Source: Octopus vulgaris (taxonomy: Eukaryota). Taken from it: 64,000 bases of DNA. This document shows, piece by piece, positions 1-14,463 of this stretch. The translations under genes and the position numbers were made by a program. Numbering within the stretch: the first letter of the stretch is position 1; the number at the start of each line of letters is the position of its first letter. The stretch covers positions 14,260,001 through 14,324,000 of the forward strand of contig OX597842.1 in NCBI GenBank assembly GCA_951406725.2. The letters are read 5' to 3'. The notes below the pieces were generated by a model. That model was not told the DNA's origin and did no database searches. It was given only the letters and a program-made list of their open reading frames with translations.

Positions 1-417
1 GCTGGACTATATTAATTAGAAGAAAAAGGACAACACAAATCAAGGCAGCGAGGGTATCTCAAGTACTTCATCGAAGTGCAAACTTACGTCCCTACCCTCT
101 GGAAAAGGATGTGCTGTGAACATTAAACTCCTCTCTGTATTCTTCTATCTACTGATATTTCCCATTTCATGCCTTTTAACTTGTGAAATTCCCTGTCTAG
201 AAGTTTCACAATTAGTCGTATAGTCTCTGATGTTGAATACTCTGATGTTGGAATACTCAGTGCACGCACATGCTAGCCTATCACTTGGGATATCCTAGAA
301 ACGACTGGAGGACTTCAAATTAAATATTGTAAATGACTTTAGATATTCTTCCTGCCTTCGATTTATATTCTCCGTTTCCCTTTAAATAATATACAAATAC
401 ACACATATACATATATG

Positions 418-508
<91 letters not shown>

Positions 509-527
509 CAGACAGACAGACAGACAG

Positions 528-898
<371 letters not shown>

Positions 899-1221
899 TA
901 TTTATATAAAATATATATACTGAACTTTACAGAAGTTCCTACCGTTAATCGGCTATATTTACATACCGAACCCTACCAGTAAATAATTGTTGTTTTTTTC
1001 AAAAACCATTATAGAACTTATTTACTCTTACTATATATATATATATATATATCTCCTCTTTGAAACTAATAAGTTTTTTAAAAATCTGTGATAAGACTGT
1101 GCATCATCATTAAGGAACTTTGGAAAACTGTTTACAACCTATATCTGCCTCTAATGGAACTATCTCCAATATCTCATGAGTATAACCTCACCCACTAAGA
1201 TGTCTAGAGAACTCAAATGTA

Positions 1222-1312
1222 TTTTAGCTGATGAGTACGGGACACTTTTATCTGCTGCAATTTTTGCAACTTGTAATAAAGCCTGTCTTTGTATGAAACA
1301 ATTGTACTAAAA
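1222..1312 (+). ncRNA. Type I hammerhead ribozyme-like motif, intact core
   Basis: Stem I ttttag/ctaaaa; CTGATGA 1228-1234; long stem II hairpin; GAAAC-AATT-GTA with palindromic stem III ACAATTGT. Confidence 0.75.
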
Positions 1313-1337
1313 ACCAATCCATTCTTGTTGCTTCTTT

Positions 1338-1406
<69 letters not shown>

Positions 1407-1611
1407 GTATATATATACTCTCTTTTACTCTCTTTTACTTGTTTCAGTCATATGACTGCGGCCATGCTGGAGCACCGCCTTTTAGTGGAGTAAGTCCCAA
1501 CGCAGTGGAACTGAATCCGGAAGCATGTGTTTGGTTAGCAAGCTACTTACCACACAATGCGAGTAACTTAGCATATAAGTGGAGAGAATGAATAATTAGA
1601 AGGCTTCACAC

Positions 1612-2200
1612 CAGGGTTGCCAATTTAGCATATTTATGATAGATCTAGCATTATTTTTTCACCATTTAGCAGAAAGTTTTTGAATTCAGCATGTAGCAGG
1701 AAAAATAGTAGATTTAAAATTTTATTTAGAATTTTTCTCTGATCATGACATTATCTCAATAGTTACCCTTTTTTCATCTTTTTCTTCGTTTTCTACTTTT
1801 GTTAATTTATCTTATAGCCAAATTTTAGTAAAAACGGCTATTATTGAATTTTTGTTTTCACTTTCTTGAAGCTTCAAATGAAAATTTTTCATAAGGATCT
1901 TTATCAAGTTATGAACTTTTCCAGCTCCTCCGCCTCCACCGGTGGTACATACATATTTCAGTATGATATCTTTAGAAATACGTGGTGTAGATGGCATTGA
2001 AGATGTTTTAAAAATTTAATTAGTGAAAACGAAATTAGATATAACACTTTTACTGGCTATAGGAACCAACTAGGCTAGAGTAATGATAGGAATCAACAAT
2101 GGTGTTTTCCAGAAATTAAAAGAAGTTCCATCATTACTTCTATTTAGAAGGTTATGTCATTCTTTACAGTTGGCAGTATCCCACACTTGTACTGAAATTT
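1612..2200 (+). mobile_element. hAT-superfamily (ZNF862-like) transposon remnant
   Basis: CAGGGTTGCC terminus at 1612; ~1990-2180 translates as AIGTN*ARVMIGINNGVFQKLKEVPSLLLFRRLCHSLQLAVS (GTD.ASVM.G...GV and CxxH.LQLA motifs). Confidence 0.75.
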
Positions 2201-3332
2201 AGCATAAAATTATGATTTTGAGTTGGTTAGACTGCTTCAAACAAATACGGTATTCAGTTTCATAGAGTAAAACAATTCACATTGCTGCAGCAATAAGCTT
2301 CAGGGTCACTGACTCAAACAAATGAGAGAACAAAATGCTATGATGATGATGTTGATCACCAGCATCATCATCATCATCATCATCATCATCGTCGTCGTCG
2401 TCGTCGTCATGATTGTAACGTCCCTCAGTTCATAATGCTTGGGTCGAACGGTGTTCATTGTTCAGATATTCTACACACGAATCCCTTTCCCTCTCGCTAG
2501 CCATCGCCTCTTTCCGAGAAAGATACAACATTGTCAAAGATGGACATATTTTTAAACAGGCAGTTAAAGATGAATCTCATCTCTTGTGTGATGGTGAGGC
2601 TCGTTTACGACAGTTCCGAGATGAAAAGATGGGGAAAACACAACTTAAAATGCATTCATATACACATAAATATAATAATATAAATGTATATGTGTGTACT
2701 TTTATATACACACACATTCATACACACCGGAATAGATGTCCGGCAGAATAGGGATGGATGACCATAGAAGGATTTGTACCAAACTTTGGCATTGAAATCT
2801 CTACAAATACCCGAATAGGGCGCAACTGCATAGTGACAAGGTGGTCACATTCGTATATACACACAAAGATATTCATACACGCACACGACTATGTGTATGA
2901 GTTTGTGTTTGTGTGCGAGTAAGTGTGAAGCGGATATTTCTTGGGTGTAACCAGGATGTTAAGCAGAAAAGTCACTAATTTCATTTGCTCACAAATGCAA
3001 TAATGTTTACAAAGTTTAATACAGTGTATGATTTTATACAATTATATAATGCCTACGCATATGTATGTACGAACACACACGCACATATTTGCGAATGTGT
3101 GTGTGTTTATATGTGTCTATATGTGGGATAGACACCATATTGATAAGATACAAAAGATATTCACAATTGTGCAATGAATTACGTCTCCAAATTGTCGAAC
3201 TGCCCAAGCAAATATCTTATTGAGCATCGAGTGTTGCAGTAGGAGTTGAGGCGTGAATTCAAAAGGATTATATATCATAATCATCATAATCATTGCGACA
3301 GTATGTCTATATACATATATATATATATATAC

Positions 3333-3363
<31 letters not shown>

Positions 3364-3481
3364 TGTATGTATGTATGTATGTATGTATGTATGTATGCAT
3401 GTAGGTATGTAGGTATGTATGTATGTAATTATACTTCATGTTTCATCTGCAGAAAAATAAGCACATATACATACATACACA

Positions 3482-3519
<38 letters not shown>

Positions 3520-3974
3520 TTGCGTGACACTGAACGTAGCTCGAATATCTGGAAATCTCCCCAAGTCGAATCATTAGTTTTCCCCACAAGGTGTATATAC
3601 TTCCGGTACAATGGTCATGGGATTAGGATGGGATTAGGATGTTGAAGAAATGAAGAGCAAAACGGATTCCTCAACCCGAACCAACCGACAGGCTCTATAG
3701 GGGTAGACCAACAACGAGTTGTTTGGAGAATATTAGTTTGCCAATCGAGGGAATCCAGTCGGAAAGTGAAATGACGGTGCCTTCTCATTGGAACGTGTGG
3801 AGGAGATAACTCAGGACTCTACACACACGACCCAGGAATATTGGACATAGATTGATAGTTGCATATATAGAGGTGTACAAATGTATTTATGTGTGTGTGA
3901 GAGTGTGCGTTGTGTAATTAAATGAGGCAGCTAGTTAGCGGAGTTTCACCTAAAACGAAAACAATAAACGTTAT

Positions 3975-4258
3975 TTAATATGACTGAAGGTGTTAGAACA
4001 CCTAAACTGCTAGAAATAAGAGCTAAATGGCTCTGTTGCTGCTTTCAACGCATATATATACAGATCTACATATATACATGTCTAGAGATGAAACCGTACG
4101 GTATAAAGATGTCAGTAGTTGTCAGTCACTGTCATCTACAGTCGCCGCTGGCATGTATGTATAAAATCATATGTGCTTTGACAGCAGCAACAGAGCTATT
4201 TAGCTCTTATTTCTAGCGGCATATGTATTGTAACACCTTCAGTCATATTGAATGACAC

Positions 4259-4263
<5 letters not shown>
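3975..4263. mobile_element. MITE-like element with imperfect TIRs (also at 20858-21147 and inverted at 4610-4839)
   Basis: aatatgactgaaggtgtt…ctagaaataagagctaaat at the left end and its reverse complement at the right end. Confidence 0.7.
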
Positions 4264-4331
<68 letters not shown>

Positions 4332-4361
4332 ATATGTATATATGTATATATATATATATAT

Positions 4362-4554
4362 TATATTAAATTAGAGATAAAACCATATTAGGCAAATCAT
4401 ACAATGAAAAAATTAAGAATACATAAGATTATTTAATTTATATTATTTAAATATATAACAAAATTATATATTTAAATAATATAAATTAAATAATCTTATG
4501 TATTGGGTTAACTTTTTCATTGTATGATTTGCCTAATAGTGGTTTTATCTCTAA

Positions 4555-4562
<8 letters not shown>
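4362..4562. repeat. ~200-bp AT-rich fold-back hairpin between (TA)n tracts
   Basis: attaaattagagataaaacc…ggttttatctctaatttaat inverted arms centred ~4460. Confidence 0.85.
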
Positions 4563-4615
<53 letters not shown>

Positions 4616-4859
4616 GTGTCATTCAATATGACTGAAGGTGTTACAATACATATGCCGCTAGAAATAAGAGCTAAATGGCTCTGTTGCTGCTGTCAAAGCA
4701 CATATGATTTTATACATACATGCCAGCGGCGACTGTAGATGACAGTGACTGACAACTACTGACATCTCTATACCGTACGGTTTTATCTCGAGACATGTAT
4801 ATATGTAGATCGGTATATATGTGCGTTGAAAGCAGCAACTCGAAAGCACCAGCCAGACT

Positions 4860-6110
4860 GCAAAGATTACTGTTAAGGCTTCAAACATACGACTACGATA
4901 TCAGGTAAAGCCAGGAAAAGTCCTGATATTGGCGGATGCTCTTTCCAGACTATCCTCACATGATAAACAGGAGATGGAAGGACTAAGCATAAAGGTCCAC
5001 CACATTGTAAATGTAACAACTACAAAGCTAGCTGAAAACAAAGAGGAGACCAGCAAAGATGAAGAACACCAGCTCCTTACTCAGATGGTGATTCAGGGGT
5101 GGCCAGAAAAGAGACGTCAGGTACAGCCCCTCATTCGTGAATATTGGACCATCCATGACGATATATCAGTGGAGAATGGAATCCTGATGGCTGGATCCCC
5201 AATAATTATACCCAAGTCAATGCAAAAAGAGATTCTTGACAAGATTCACCAAGGGCATCTAAGAATGGAGAAATGCAAGCTCCGAGCCAAGTCAGCAGTA
5301 TATTGGGTAGGCATGTACAAAGACATAGAAAAGACAGTTTCTACATGCCACATCTGTCAAAAGTACAGAAACTCACAACAAAAGGAGGAAATGATATCTA
5401 GTGACATCCCAAGAAGGCCATGGCAAACTATTGGAGTAGATCTGTTCACGGAAAGCCAAGAATGCTACTACTCCAAATTTCCATTTATGAGAAAAGTGAA
5501 AGACCTGAGAGCCAAAACAATCACTACAGTGGCTCGAGGACTTCTAGCAGAGCAAGGAATACAAGAGCAGATCATATGTGACAATGGAACCCAGTTCACA
5601 TCGCAAGAATTCAAAAAGCTAGCCGATGAGTATGGGTTCAATATTACAACCTCATCTCCACACTATCTCAAATGCCATGGGTTTATAGAAAGACAGGTGC
5701 AGACAGTAAAGAGAACACTCGTCAAATGCCGAGAGACTAAGGAAGACCCACACCTGGCACTTCTGTCCCTACGAGCGACCCACTCATAGCTGACAGGAAA
5801 TCCCCAGCAGAATTGCAGAGTGGCAGGAAGTACAAAACTACCCTGCCAACCAAGATCCAACCTCCTATTGACCAGGAAGAGACAAGGGCAAAGCTAGCTG
5901 CCACTCAAGAACAATCACAGAAATATTACAACAAACATGCACAATACTTACCTGAGATACTTGGAGGACAACATGTGCATACTCAAGATGCCATAACTAA
6001 AACATGGATCCCAGCACAGGTTGTCAGTAGAGCTGAAAATCCAAGATCGTATATAATAGAAACGGAATCTGGTAGGCAGCTGAGACGCAACAGGGCCCAC
6101 ATCCGCCCAA
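4860..6110 (+). mobile_element. Ty3/Gypsy LTR retrotransposon pol remnant (end of RNase H, integrase HHCC zinc finger, DDE core, C-terminus), frameshifted
   Basis: ADALSR; HQGH…CHIC; PWQTIGVDLF, CDNGTQF, GFIERQVQTVK; [18 protein letters not shown] in a second frame; stop before ADALSR. Confidence 0.92.
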
Positions 6111-6361
6111 CACCAAAGCTGTCGAGGACAACGTGTACAACACCTGTTGCATCGGTGACAACACCCACAGAATCAACACCCCAACGGGCACCAACCACCC
6201 ATCAGCAGCCCAACAACACACCTCAGACACCGGTACCACGTCCTCGCAGTGTTGTCTTTTTTTGTGTTTGTTGTTCTTCTTTTTTGGATTTTCTTTTCTT
6301 ATTGCCTGCTATTTATACAGGAGCACAAGAAATGCATGAACATACACACTACTTGTCTTTC

Positions 6362-6930
<569 letters not shown>

Positions 6931-7110
6931 CCTACCTTCCTAACTATCTCTCTCCCGATATATATAATTGTGTGTGTGTGTGAGTAGAGAGAGAGAAAGA
7001 TTGAGAGAGAGAGACATACAGATAGAAATAATTATAGATAATAATAATAACAACAACAGCAACAACACCACCACGAACAACAATAACAATATTCATAGTT
7101 TAGGATAATC

Positions 7111-7146
<36 letters not shown>

Positions 7147-7218
7147 TTCAAAACGTAACCACATGTGGATCGTTAGCGATTCTATTCCTCTGTCTTCCTT
7201 TCTATTAAACTTTCTTCT

Positions 7219-7254
7219 GTTTCTGAAGAAAAATCGTTGCTCGAAACGTTAAAC
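7219..7254 (+). ncRNA. Minimal hammerhead-like motif with degraded stem II
   Basis: gttt-CTGAAGA-aaaatcgttgctc-GAAAC-GTT-aaac. Confidence 0.5.
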
Positions 7255-7665
7255 CATATGTAGTACTCCTTGGAGTAGTCCGTCCGCTTTGGTCCTCCCG
7301 TGACTCCCACTTCTCACCTGTGGTTCATCAATGCTATCTGCATGCAACAGTATCCACACCCAGGCTCACGGCTTCCACAGGCTGGCTAAACCATGGTAAG
7401 GGTAGCACACGGCCTTTAACCATTGGTGGACTAGGGCTTGTCTATCTATGGATGTGAACCGGTGGAGTGTGCTGAGGAAATCAATAGATAGGCTCAACGG
7501 ACTCGCAAACTTTGTGGAGGGGGAACTGCAACCTGTCTGTAGTTTTCTTCACTTCATCCTTCCACTGGAATCACAGAGGAAGGGACGAGAGAGCAAGCCA
7601 GATGCTATTGTGCAACCTTCCCTCACTTTAATCCATGTCACGCTCAGTTCAAGGGTCAGGTAAAA

Positions 7666-7700
7666 TATTGGGTTGGTGCATAATTATTGCGGCAATTTTT
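7666..7700 (+). mobile_element. Solo mariner-type TIR fragment
   Basis: tattgggttggtgcataattattgcgg resembles the cecropia/Hsmar1-type TIR. Confidence 0.5.
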
Positions 7701-8039
7701 CAAAAATATTATTCAACAAAAACAATAAAAATATTTATCAAAGACATATTTACTGTTATTTCTAGCATCACGTAGGACCACCAATTGGATAATATTCCTC
7801 TGGATGCTTCTTAAAGTCTCCTTCAATCCTTCATGAAAAGCAATATAAAATATAAACTATTATTTTTAGCATATTACCCGACCACCAGTAGGACAATATA
7901 TTTGATAGACGCTTCCTCAAGTGTCCTGCATTTATATAAAAATAAGACATTAGGAATTTCAAGGTGTTTGGCTGTTGTTTCACGAATGATGCGAGACAAT
8001 AGAGAGGTGAGATTCTTTTATAAAAGTCGGAATGGTTTT

Positions 8040-8637
8040 GGGAGGGAAACAATGAGATAAAGGGAAAGAAAGAGAGTGGGAGAGAGAGTAAAAAGAAGGA
8101 AATAATGAAAGAGAGTGAGAGAGAGAGAAAGGAAGAAAAAAGAGAGATAAAGAAGGAATGAAAGAAAAGAGGATGGAAGGAATAAAGTAACATGATTCTG
8201 TAATAATGCATGAAATGAGAGCGGGGGAGAGAAGGAAAGAAAGAAAGGGAGAAAGAATGATGGAAAAAAAGAAGGAAAAAAGAAAGAAAGAAGGAAATGA
8301 AGGAAAGAAGGAGAGAAAGATAAGAGCAGGGCGAGAGGGAGAGAGAGAGTAAAAGGAGAAAAGGAAAGGAAACGAAACAAGGACAATAAAAGGAAGGAAG
8401 AAAAAGAAAAGAGTCAAAGGAGAAGGTAAGATAAGAGCGATGAAAGAAAAAAGAATGAAGGGTAAGAAGAAGGAAATGAAAAACAGAAAGAAAACCAAAG
8501 AAATAACGAAAATGAATGAATGAAAGAAAGAAAGAATGAAAGAAAGAAAGAATAAGAGAAATGAAGGAACAAAGAAAGACAGAAAGGAAAGAAAGAAAGA
8601 AGGAAAGAATGAGAGAAATGAAGGAAGAAAGAAAGAC

Positions 8638-8703
<66 letters not shown>

Positions 8704-8877
8704 GAAGAAAGAAAGTAAAAGGAAAGAAAGAAAGAAAAAAGAAAGGAAAGAAAGAATGAAAGAAAGAAAATAAGAATGAAGAAATAAAAGAAAATTAAGA
8801 AAATAAAGAAAGGAAGGGAGGAAGGAAGGAAGGAGGGAAGAAAGAAAGAAGGAAAGAAAGGAAGAACGAAGAACTGA

Positions 8878-8908
<31 letters not shown>

Positions 8909-10681
8909 GAAGAAGGAAAGAAGGAAAGAATGTGAGAGATGAAGGAAGGAAGAAAAAAAGGGAAGAAACAAAGAAAGAATAAAGAAGAAAGAAAGAAATA
9001 AAGGAGAGAAAGAAAAAACAAAGAAAGAAAAAAGAAAGAAGAAGGAAAGGAAAATGAAAGAAAGAAAGAAGAAAGTAAGAAAGAATGAAACAAAGAAAGA
9101 AAGGAAGTTCAAGAAAGAAAGAAAAAAGAAAGATAGAAAGAAAAAAGAGAGAAAAAATGAAAGACAGAAAAAGAAAAAGAAAGAAAGGAAAAGGAAAGAA
9201 GGAAGGAAAGGAAGTAAGAAAGGAAGAGAGGGAAAGGCGAGAAAGAAAGAAAGAATGCAAAAAGAAAGAAAGAAAATAGAATGAAATTAAAGGGAAACAA
9301 AAAGAAAGAAAGAATGAGAGAGAGATGGAGAGGAAGGCGACGTAATTCTGTAAAAATGATGAGAAGAAAGAGGGAGAGGGAGGGAGAGAGGGGGAGGAAG
9401 GAGGAGGGATTAGAGAAATTAATGTTAAGAAGAGAGGAGGAGTATGAGATGAGAGACAAAGAGTAAAAAGGCGGAGCATTAATATATAATAAGGTAATAG
9501 AGAGAGGGAGAGGGAGAGAGGGAGAAGGAGAGAGACAGACAAACAGAGACACGGAGACAGAGAGAGACATAAGAAGCGAGAGGGAGAAAGAGAGAGACTG
9601 AAATAGAGAAATGGAGAGAGCAAAGAGAGAGAAAGACAGATATAGAGAAAGAGAGGGAGATGGAAAGGGAGGAGAAAGGGAGGGAGGAATGAGGTAAGAG
9701 AATGAGAGAATATTATATAAGGAGGTGGAGGGAGAGAGAGAATGATACATAGGTTTAGAAAGAGAGGGAGAGTGTGACGTGGGGCGGAGCGCAAAAGAGG
9801 TAGAGGGATAGTATGAGATATGAGGTGGTAAAGAGGGAGGGAGAGAGACAAAAAGTGAGGGAGGGGGAAGGAAATAGAGACGATGTAAGAGATATATGCT
9901 TTGTGAGGGAGGGAGAGTAAGAGTTGAGAGAAAACGAGGGATGAGGGAGGCGGGGTTAAACAATAACATAAATAAGTGACAGAGAGAGGAGTAGAGAAGG
10001 AGAGGGAATGATGTGTGTGATAAGAGAGGGAGTCAATCATGTATTAGAGAAAGGAAGAGGGGAAGGATGAGGTATTAATACAGAATGAGGAAGGAGAGAG
10101 AAGAGTTTCGAAGTGTCCTTCATTTTTATATGAAACACAAAACCAAACTTTAACATACTTGGCTGTTATTTCTAGCATCACATTTGATCCCCAACTGGAC
10201 GATATTTCCTCAGAAGCTCCTTAAAGTGACCTTCATAAAAACGATGTAAAGCATAGTGTGGTGGGCGGTTATTTCTAGCATGGTGTCAAACCACGTGATG
10301 GACGATTCTTTGAATAAATGCTTCTTAAATTGTCCGTCAATGCCTCGACTATTTAATTTCCTCAATTAAGAACTACACAGTAATTATGTAATTAATCGTT
10401 AGTTAAATAATTAGCTTCTGGTAAAATAATTAGCGAGAGAGAAATTTTAAGGTAAATCTGAAAATATAATTTATTTGTAAGAAAATAAGGTTTCTTAGGA
10501 ATAAAAGGAGAGGAAGAGGGAGAGGGTAAGATATAAGGAGGTGGGGGAGATAGAGAGAGAAAGAAAGGAAGAAAGAGTGAGAGAGAGAGAGAGAAAGGAA
10601 GAGAGAAAGAGAAATGGGGAAATCTAGGGAAGGGGAGGGATATGTTAATGTATGAAATGGCAGAGAAAGAAAGAGAAAGAA

Positions 10682-10722
<41 letters not shown>

Positions 10723-11060
10723 AATTGATATATACGGTTAGGAAGTGAGGGAGAGGATGAGGTGAACGATATAGCAAGGGAGGCGGGGTTGGTTAAAATG
10801 AATATATAATGAGGTTCTGAGAGAAAGGAGACAAAGAGGGAGAAGTGGGAGGATATGTTTTGTAGGGGAGGGAGAAAGAGTATGAAAATGCATTATGGGT
10901 TTAGTGAGGTGCAGACAGAGGGAATTAAGACTACAAGCAAGGGAGGGGGTAGCATTGGGTAATATATGAGGAGGTGGGAGACGGAAGCGAAGAGAAAGAG
11001 ACAGACAAAGAGGGAGAGCCCGCTTATTGGACGATATATATTTTGTAATAGGGGAAGGGT
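8040..11060 (+). repeat. Long purine-rich low-complexity tract ((GAAA)n, (GA)n, (GGA)n), interrupted at ~10100-10500
   Basis: Almost pure A/G on the + strand. Confidence 0.95.
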
Positions 11061-12537
11061 ATGAGTTAATAAACAAAGCAAAATGGGCGGAGACATTCTA
11101 CATTATACAACGTGGTGGGCGGTGTCAAAGCGTAAGAACAATAACTCTTATTGAATCCCTTTTCGCTTTAAATTGTATTTTTTTCTTGCGCAGAATTTGA
11201 AGATTTCCAAAAATGATTTAATGTAAATAATAGATCGAAGTGTTTATAACGCAATATCAATAAATATCGAACACTTTTCTATATCACAGGATTCGTTTTC
11301 GTTTCGCTTTTTTAATATTGCAATTCTTATCCCTTAAATTCCTCCTCGTAATCTTCACACTGCACCCTGCACCTATTGTGGATGCAGCTGCTAGAAATAG
11401 CAGCCGAACATCGCATACTAAATGAAACCTCTTATTTCTTTAATTGCTTCAAAATTTATTTATTAAGTTGAGGAAAAAGTTCGTGCGTTTGGTCTTTATT
11501 TTGAAGAATATTTGTTGCTTTTGAATAAATTGTTGCAGAAAAGAATCATTATTTTAACAGGACGTTTTTGTCGTTCTGAGAGAATTACTTATTTCTGAAT
11601 TCATGACACTCTTTCAAGTCCTTCACTCTCCTCAGTTATTTCGTCGTCGTTACTTTCTGCAGTTTTATTCCTCGATAGATTTGACCATTTCTCTATAGAG
11701 AATATATTTTGTCTTTAATTACAATATGCTAATTACTGTCACAGTCTTTGAGCAGAACAAGATGAAGATCTCACTCAATAAAAGAACTGATTCTGAGTTA
11801 TCACATTTGAAAGTTATCCTTTTGGTTTCAGAGAGTCAGTGATAGAGTTCTCTTTTCTCTGTTTTTTCAAAACGTCCTTTTTATAAATAAGTTTATTGTT
11901 ACAAATTAAATTTAAATTTGAATATGTTCCTCTTAGTTTACATAATCGGCGACTTATTGTTTTGTACAACTTTCAGGAAGAAAGGTCATGTTTATTATAT
12001 TTTTGTTGTGTTTTTACATCACATATAATGTTTGAATATTAGTTCATTCCACGTTTATGGAGCTAGAAATTAGTAAGATATGTCAGCAATTTATTCAAAA
12101 TAATTTTGTATAAAGTATGATACGATATAATTTGTTTCTAAACCAATAATTTCTAATAATGATTGCTTATCTATTTCTGAAATAAATTTGACGTAATATA
12201 AATAATTTTATGTTAAATTTCAAAATAATCAGGTTTGTTCACCCGTATCACGTAAGAATCCAATAACAATTGGACAATACTTACGAGTTGCGTTTCACTA
12301 AATTTTCAAATTTTAAATTTATGGATTATTTTTTATATGTACAATGGTGAAGTTTGACGTTTTGCTGAAAATCTACAACAACTATTGAGTAACAATTTTC
12401 ATAATGGTAGAATATAAAATAAAGAACATGCAACCATTGCCACATTGGGAAAACCTGCCTTAAATCACTGCAGAACAAATAGAAACATCCATAGACACAT
12501 CGTATATTACATAGAAATACTATTCCTATATGATACA

Positions 12538-13780
12538 CTAGCAGAGAAAGCCGCCTTTGCTCGGGATTAAAATAGCATTGTTTCGATATTATGACCCGAT
12601 TTCATTCGGGTTAACTCGGGCCACATTTTCAAGGTGAGGAATCCCCCCTCCCCCCGCCCAAAACGAAACCTTTATTAAAAATTGGTAATGTAAAAAGGCT
12701 TGGCAAATGTTTAAACAGTCTTTGAGAAGTGATTGAAGAAACCTCGCGGATGCAGATGTGAAGGGCAAAGAATGACGGAAAAAACGCTGGAAAAATACAA
12801 AACACCAGTCTGGTCCCTGCACAAAACTGAAATACGACTGCACTTGCAATATTTTGGATACAATATGTAGTCACACCCAACTTAATTTTGCGGAATCAGT
12901 GTCGGGACGTGAACCCATGGGCTGGGAGTTTGACTGGTGGCAGAGGTGGTCAGTTTGCAGATGTGGCCAGCAACGTGAAGAAGGTGGATGCAGTTGGGTT
13001 AAAAATTTGAGAAAGTTACAATGACTCCAGCGACGGGAGAGTAATGGCGGAAGGTTCAAAAGTGTTCTTGCAGGGCTTCTTTGGGGACAACGTTCCTGGT
13101 GTTGCCCGGATTACCACAAATGAAGAGATTGTGTGGACTGCCGACACGGGAGCATCCGACGTATAGTTGACCGTGGATAAATAACTGCTGTGTCAGATTG
13201 AGGCCAACTACTTGTAACGACTGTCTCCGTGCTTTGTTGATGCTCATTGACGGGAAACTGCCGTCGCGTAAATTCAAGTGTTACGGCCGAGGGACTAAGG
13301 CTCATGGGGCTTAATAACTTTGTTACGCCCGCAGATGGTCCGCTCAGAATGATTGTCGTCAGAATTAAGGTCCCATGTTTTTGATGATCAGACGCGTACC
13401 GTTGCATAGTTCTGGTGGTTCCACGTTTCTCAGCAGCATAACTGGAACCCCAACCTTCAGTCATGAGGTGAAAGTCCGCGGGGTAATTGGCTGTTGAGGA
13501 TTTCAATAGGTGTGCACATTTTCAGCACAATCCGACTACATTTACCTGCACAATTTTTAATAGTCAGACGCGTACCGTTGCATAGTTCTGGTGGTTCAAC
13601 GTTTCTTAGCAGCATAACTGGAACACCAACCTTCAGTCATGATGTGGAAGTCCGGGGGGTAGTTGGCTGTTGAGAATTTCAACAGGTGTGCAAATTTTCA
13701 GCACAATCCGACTACATTTACTAACACTTTTGTCAGCTCAATTGTTATGTGAGACAACGTCCGCCCTTTTCCCAAATATA
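12538..13780 (-). mobile_element. Helitron remnant with decayed PIF1 helicase C-terminus
   Basis: 3' CTAG at 12538-12541 with subterminal hairpin; RRQFP..MSINKA..QSL.VVG...FIHGQLYVGCSRVG and CNGTRL motifs; internal tandem duplication 13388-13540/13563-13720. Confidence 0.82.
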
Positions 13781-14004
13781 TATTAGAATACCAGAGATAC
13801 CCAGCCTTGTTCGTGATTAAAATAGTTTATTATTATTATTATTTTACTTGCTTCAGTATTATAACCCGATTTCATTCGGGTCTACGCGAGCCACATTTTA
13901 AAAGATGAGTAATTTTGCCCTACAGTTCACGCCTTTCAATTGAGCAAACTCAAGGTTGCCATGCACACTCGCCAGCGCTTTTAACATAGGTGTGCATATT
14001 TTCT

Positions 14005-14041
<37 letters not shown>

Positions 14042-14463
14042 TTGACATGTTCAATGCTTGAAATAAGTCATTTGTGAGTGTGATGCCTCACCTGCTCTGA
14101 CTAATTTATATAAACTGTTAGGTAAAATCACAAATTAAGGAAGGCACTGGCTTAATCTCTCTGGATGCATGGCACATAATGACGATATCTTTCACTGGAT
14201 CAATACTTACGAGTTGCGTTTCACTAAATTTTCAAATTTTTAATTTATGGATTATTTTTTATATGTACAATGGTGAAGTTTGACGTTTTGCTGAAAATCT
14301 ACAACAACTATTGAGTAACAATGATCATAATGGTAGAATATAAAATAAAGAACATGCAACCATTGCCACATTGGGAAAACCTGCCTTAAATCACTGCAGA
14401 ACAAATAGAAACATCCATAGACACATCGTATATTACATAGAAATACTATTCCTATATGATACA

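Noticed and set aside
7831-10040. Long ORFs (420, 686, 286 aa) rich in F/L/S
   Set aside because: Reverse complement of a purine low-complexity tract, which lacks stops by composition; no domains.
11080-11125. Two GGGCGG boxes resembling a promoter
   Set aside because: No associated gene or TSS evidence; adjacent to a low-complexity tract.
11500-11975. Minus-strand stretch with protein-like composition (…SNDDEITEESEGLE…)
   Set aside because: Multiple stops in the best frame and no recognisable motif; cannot support a gene call without a homology search.
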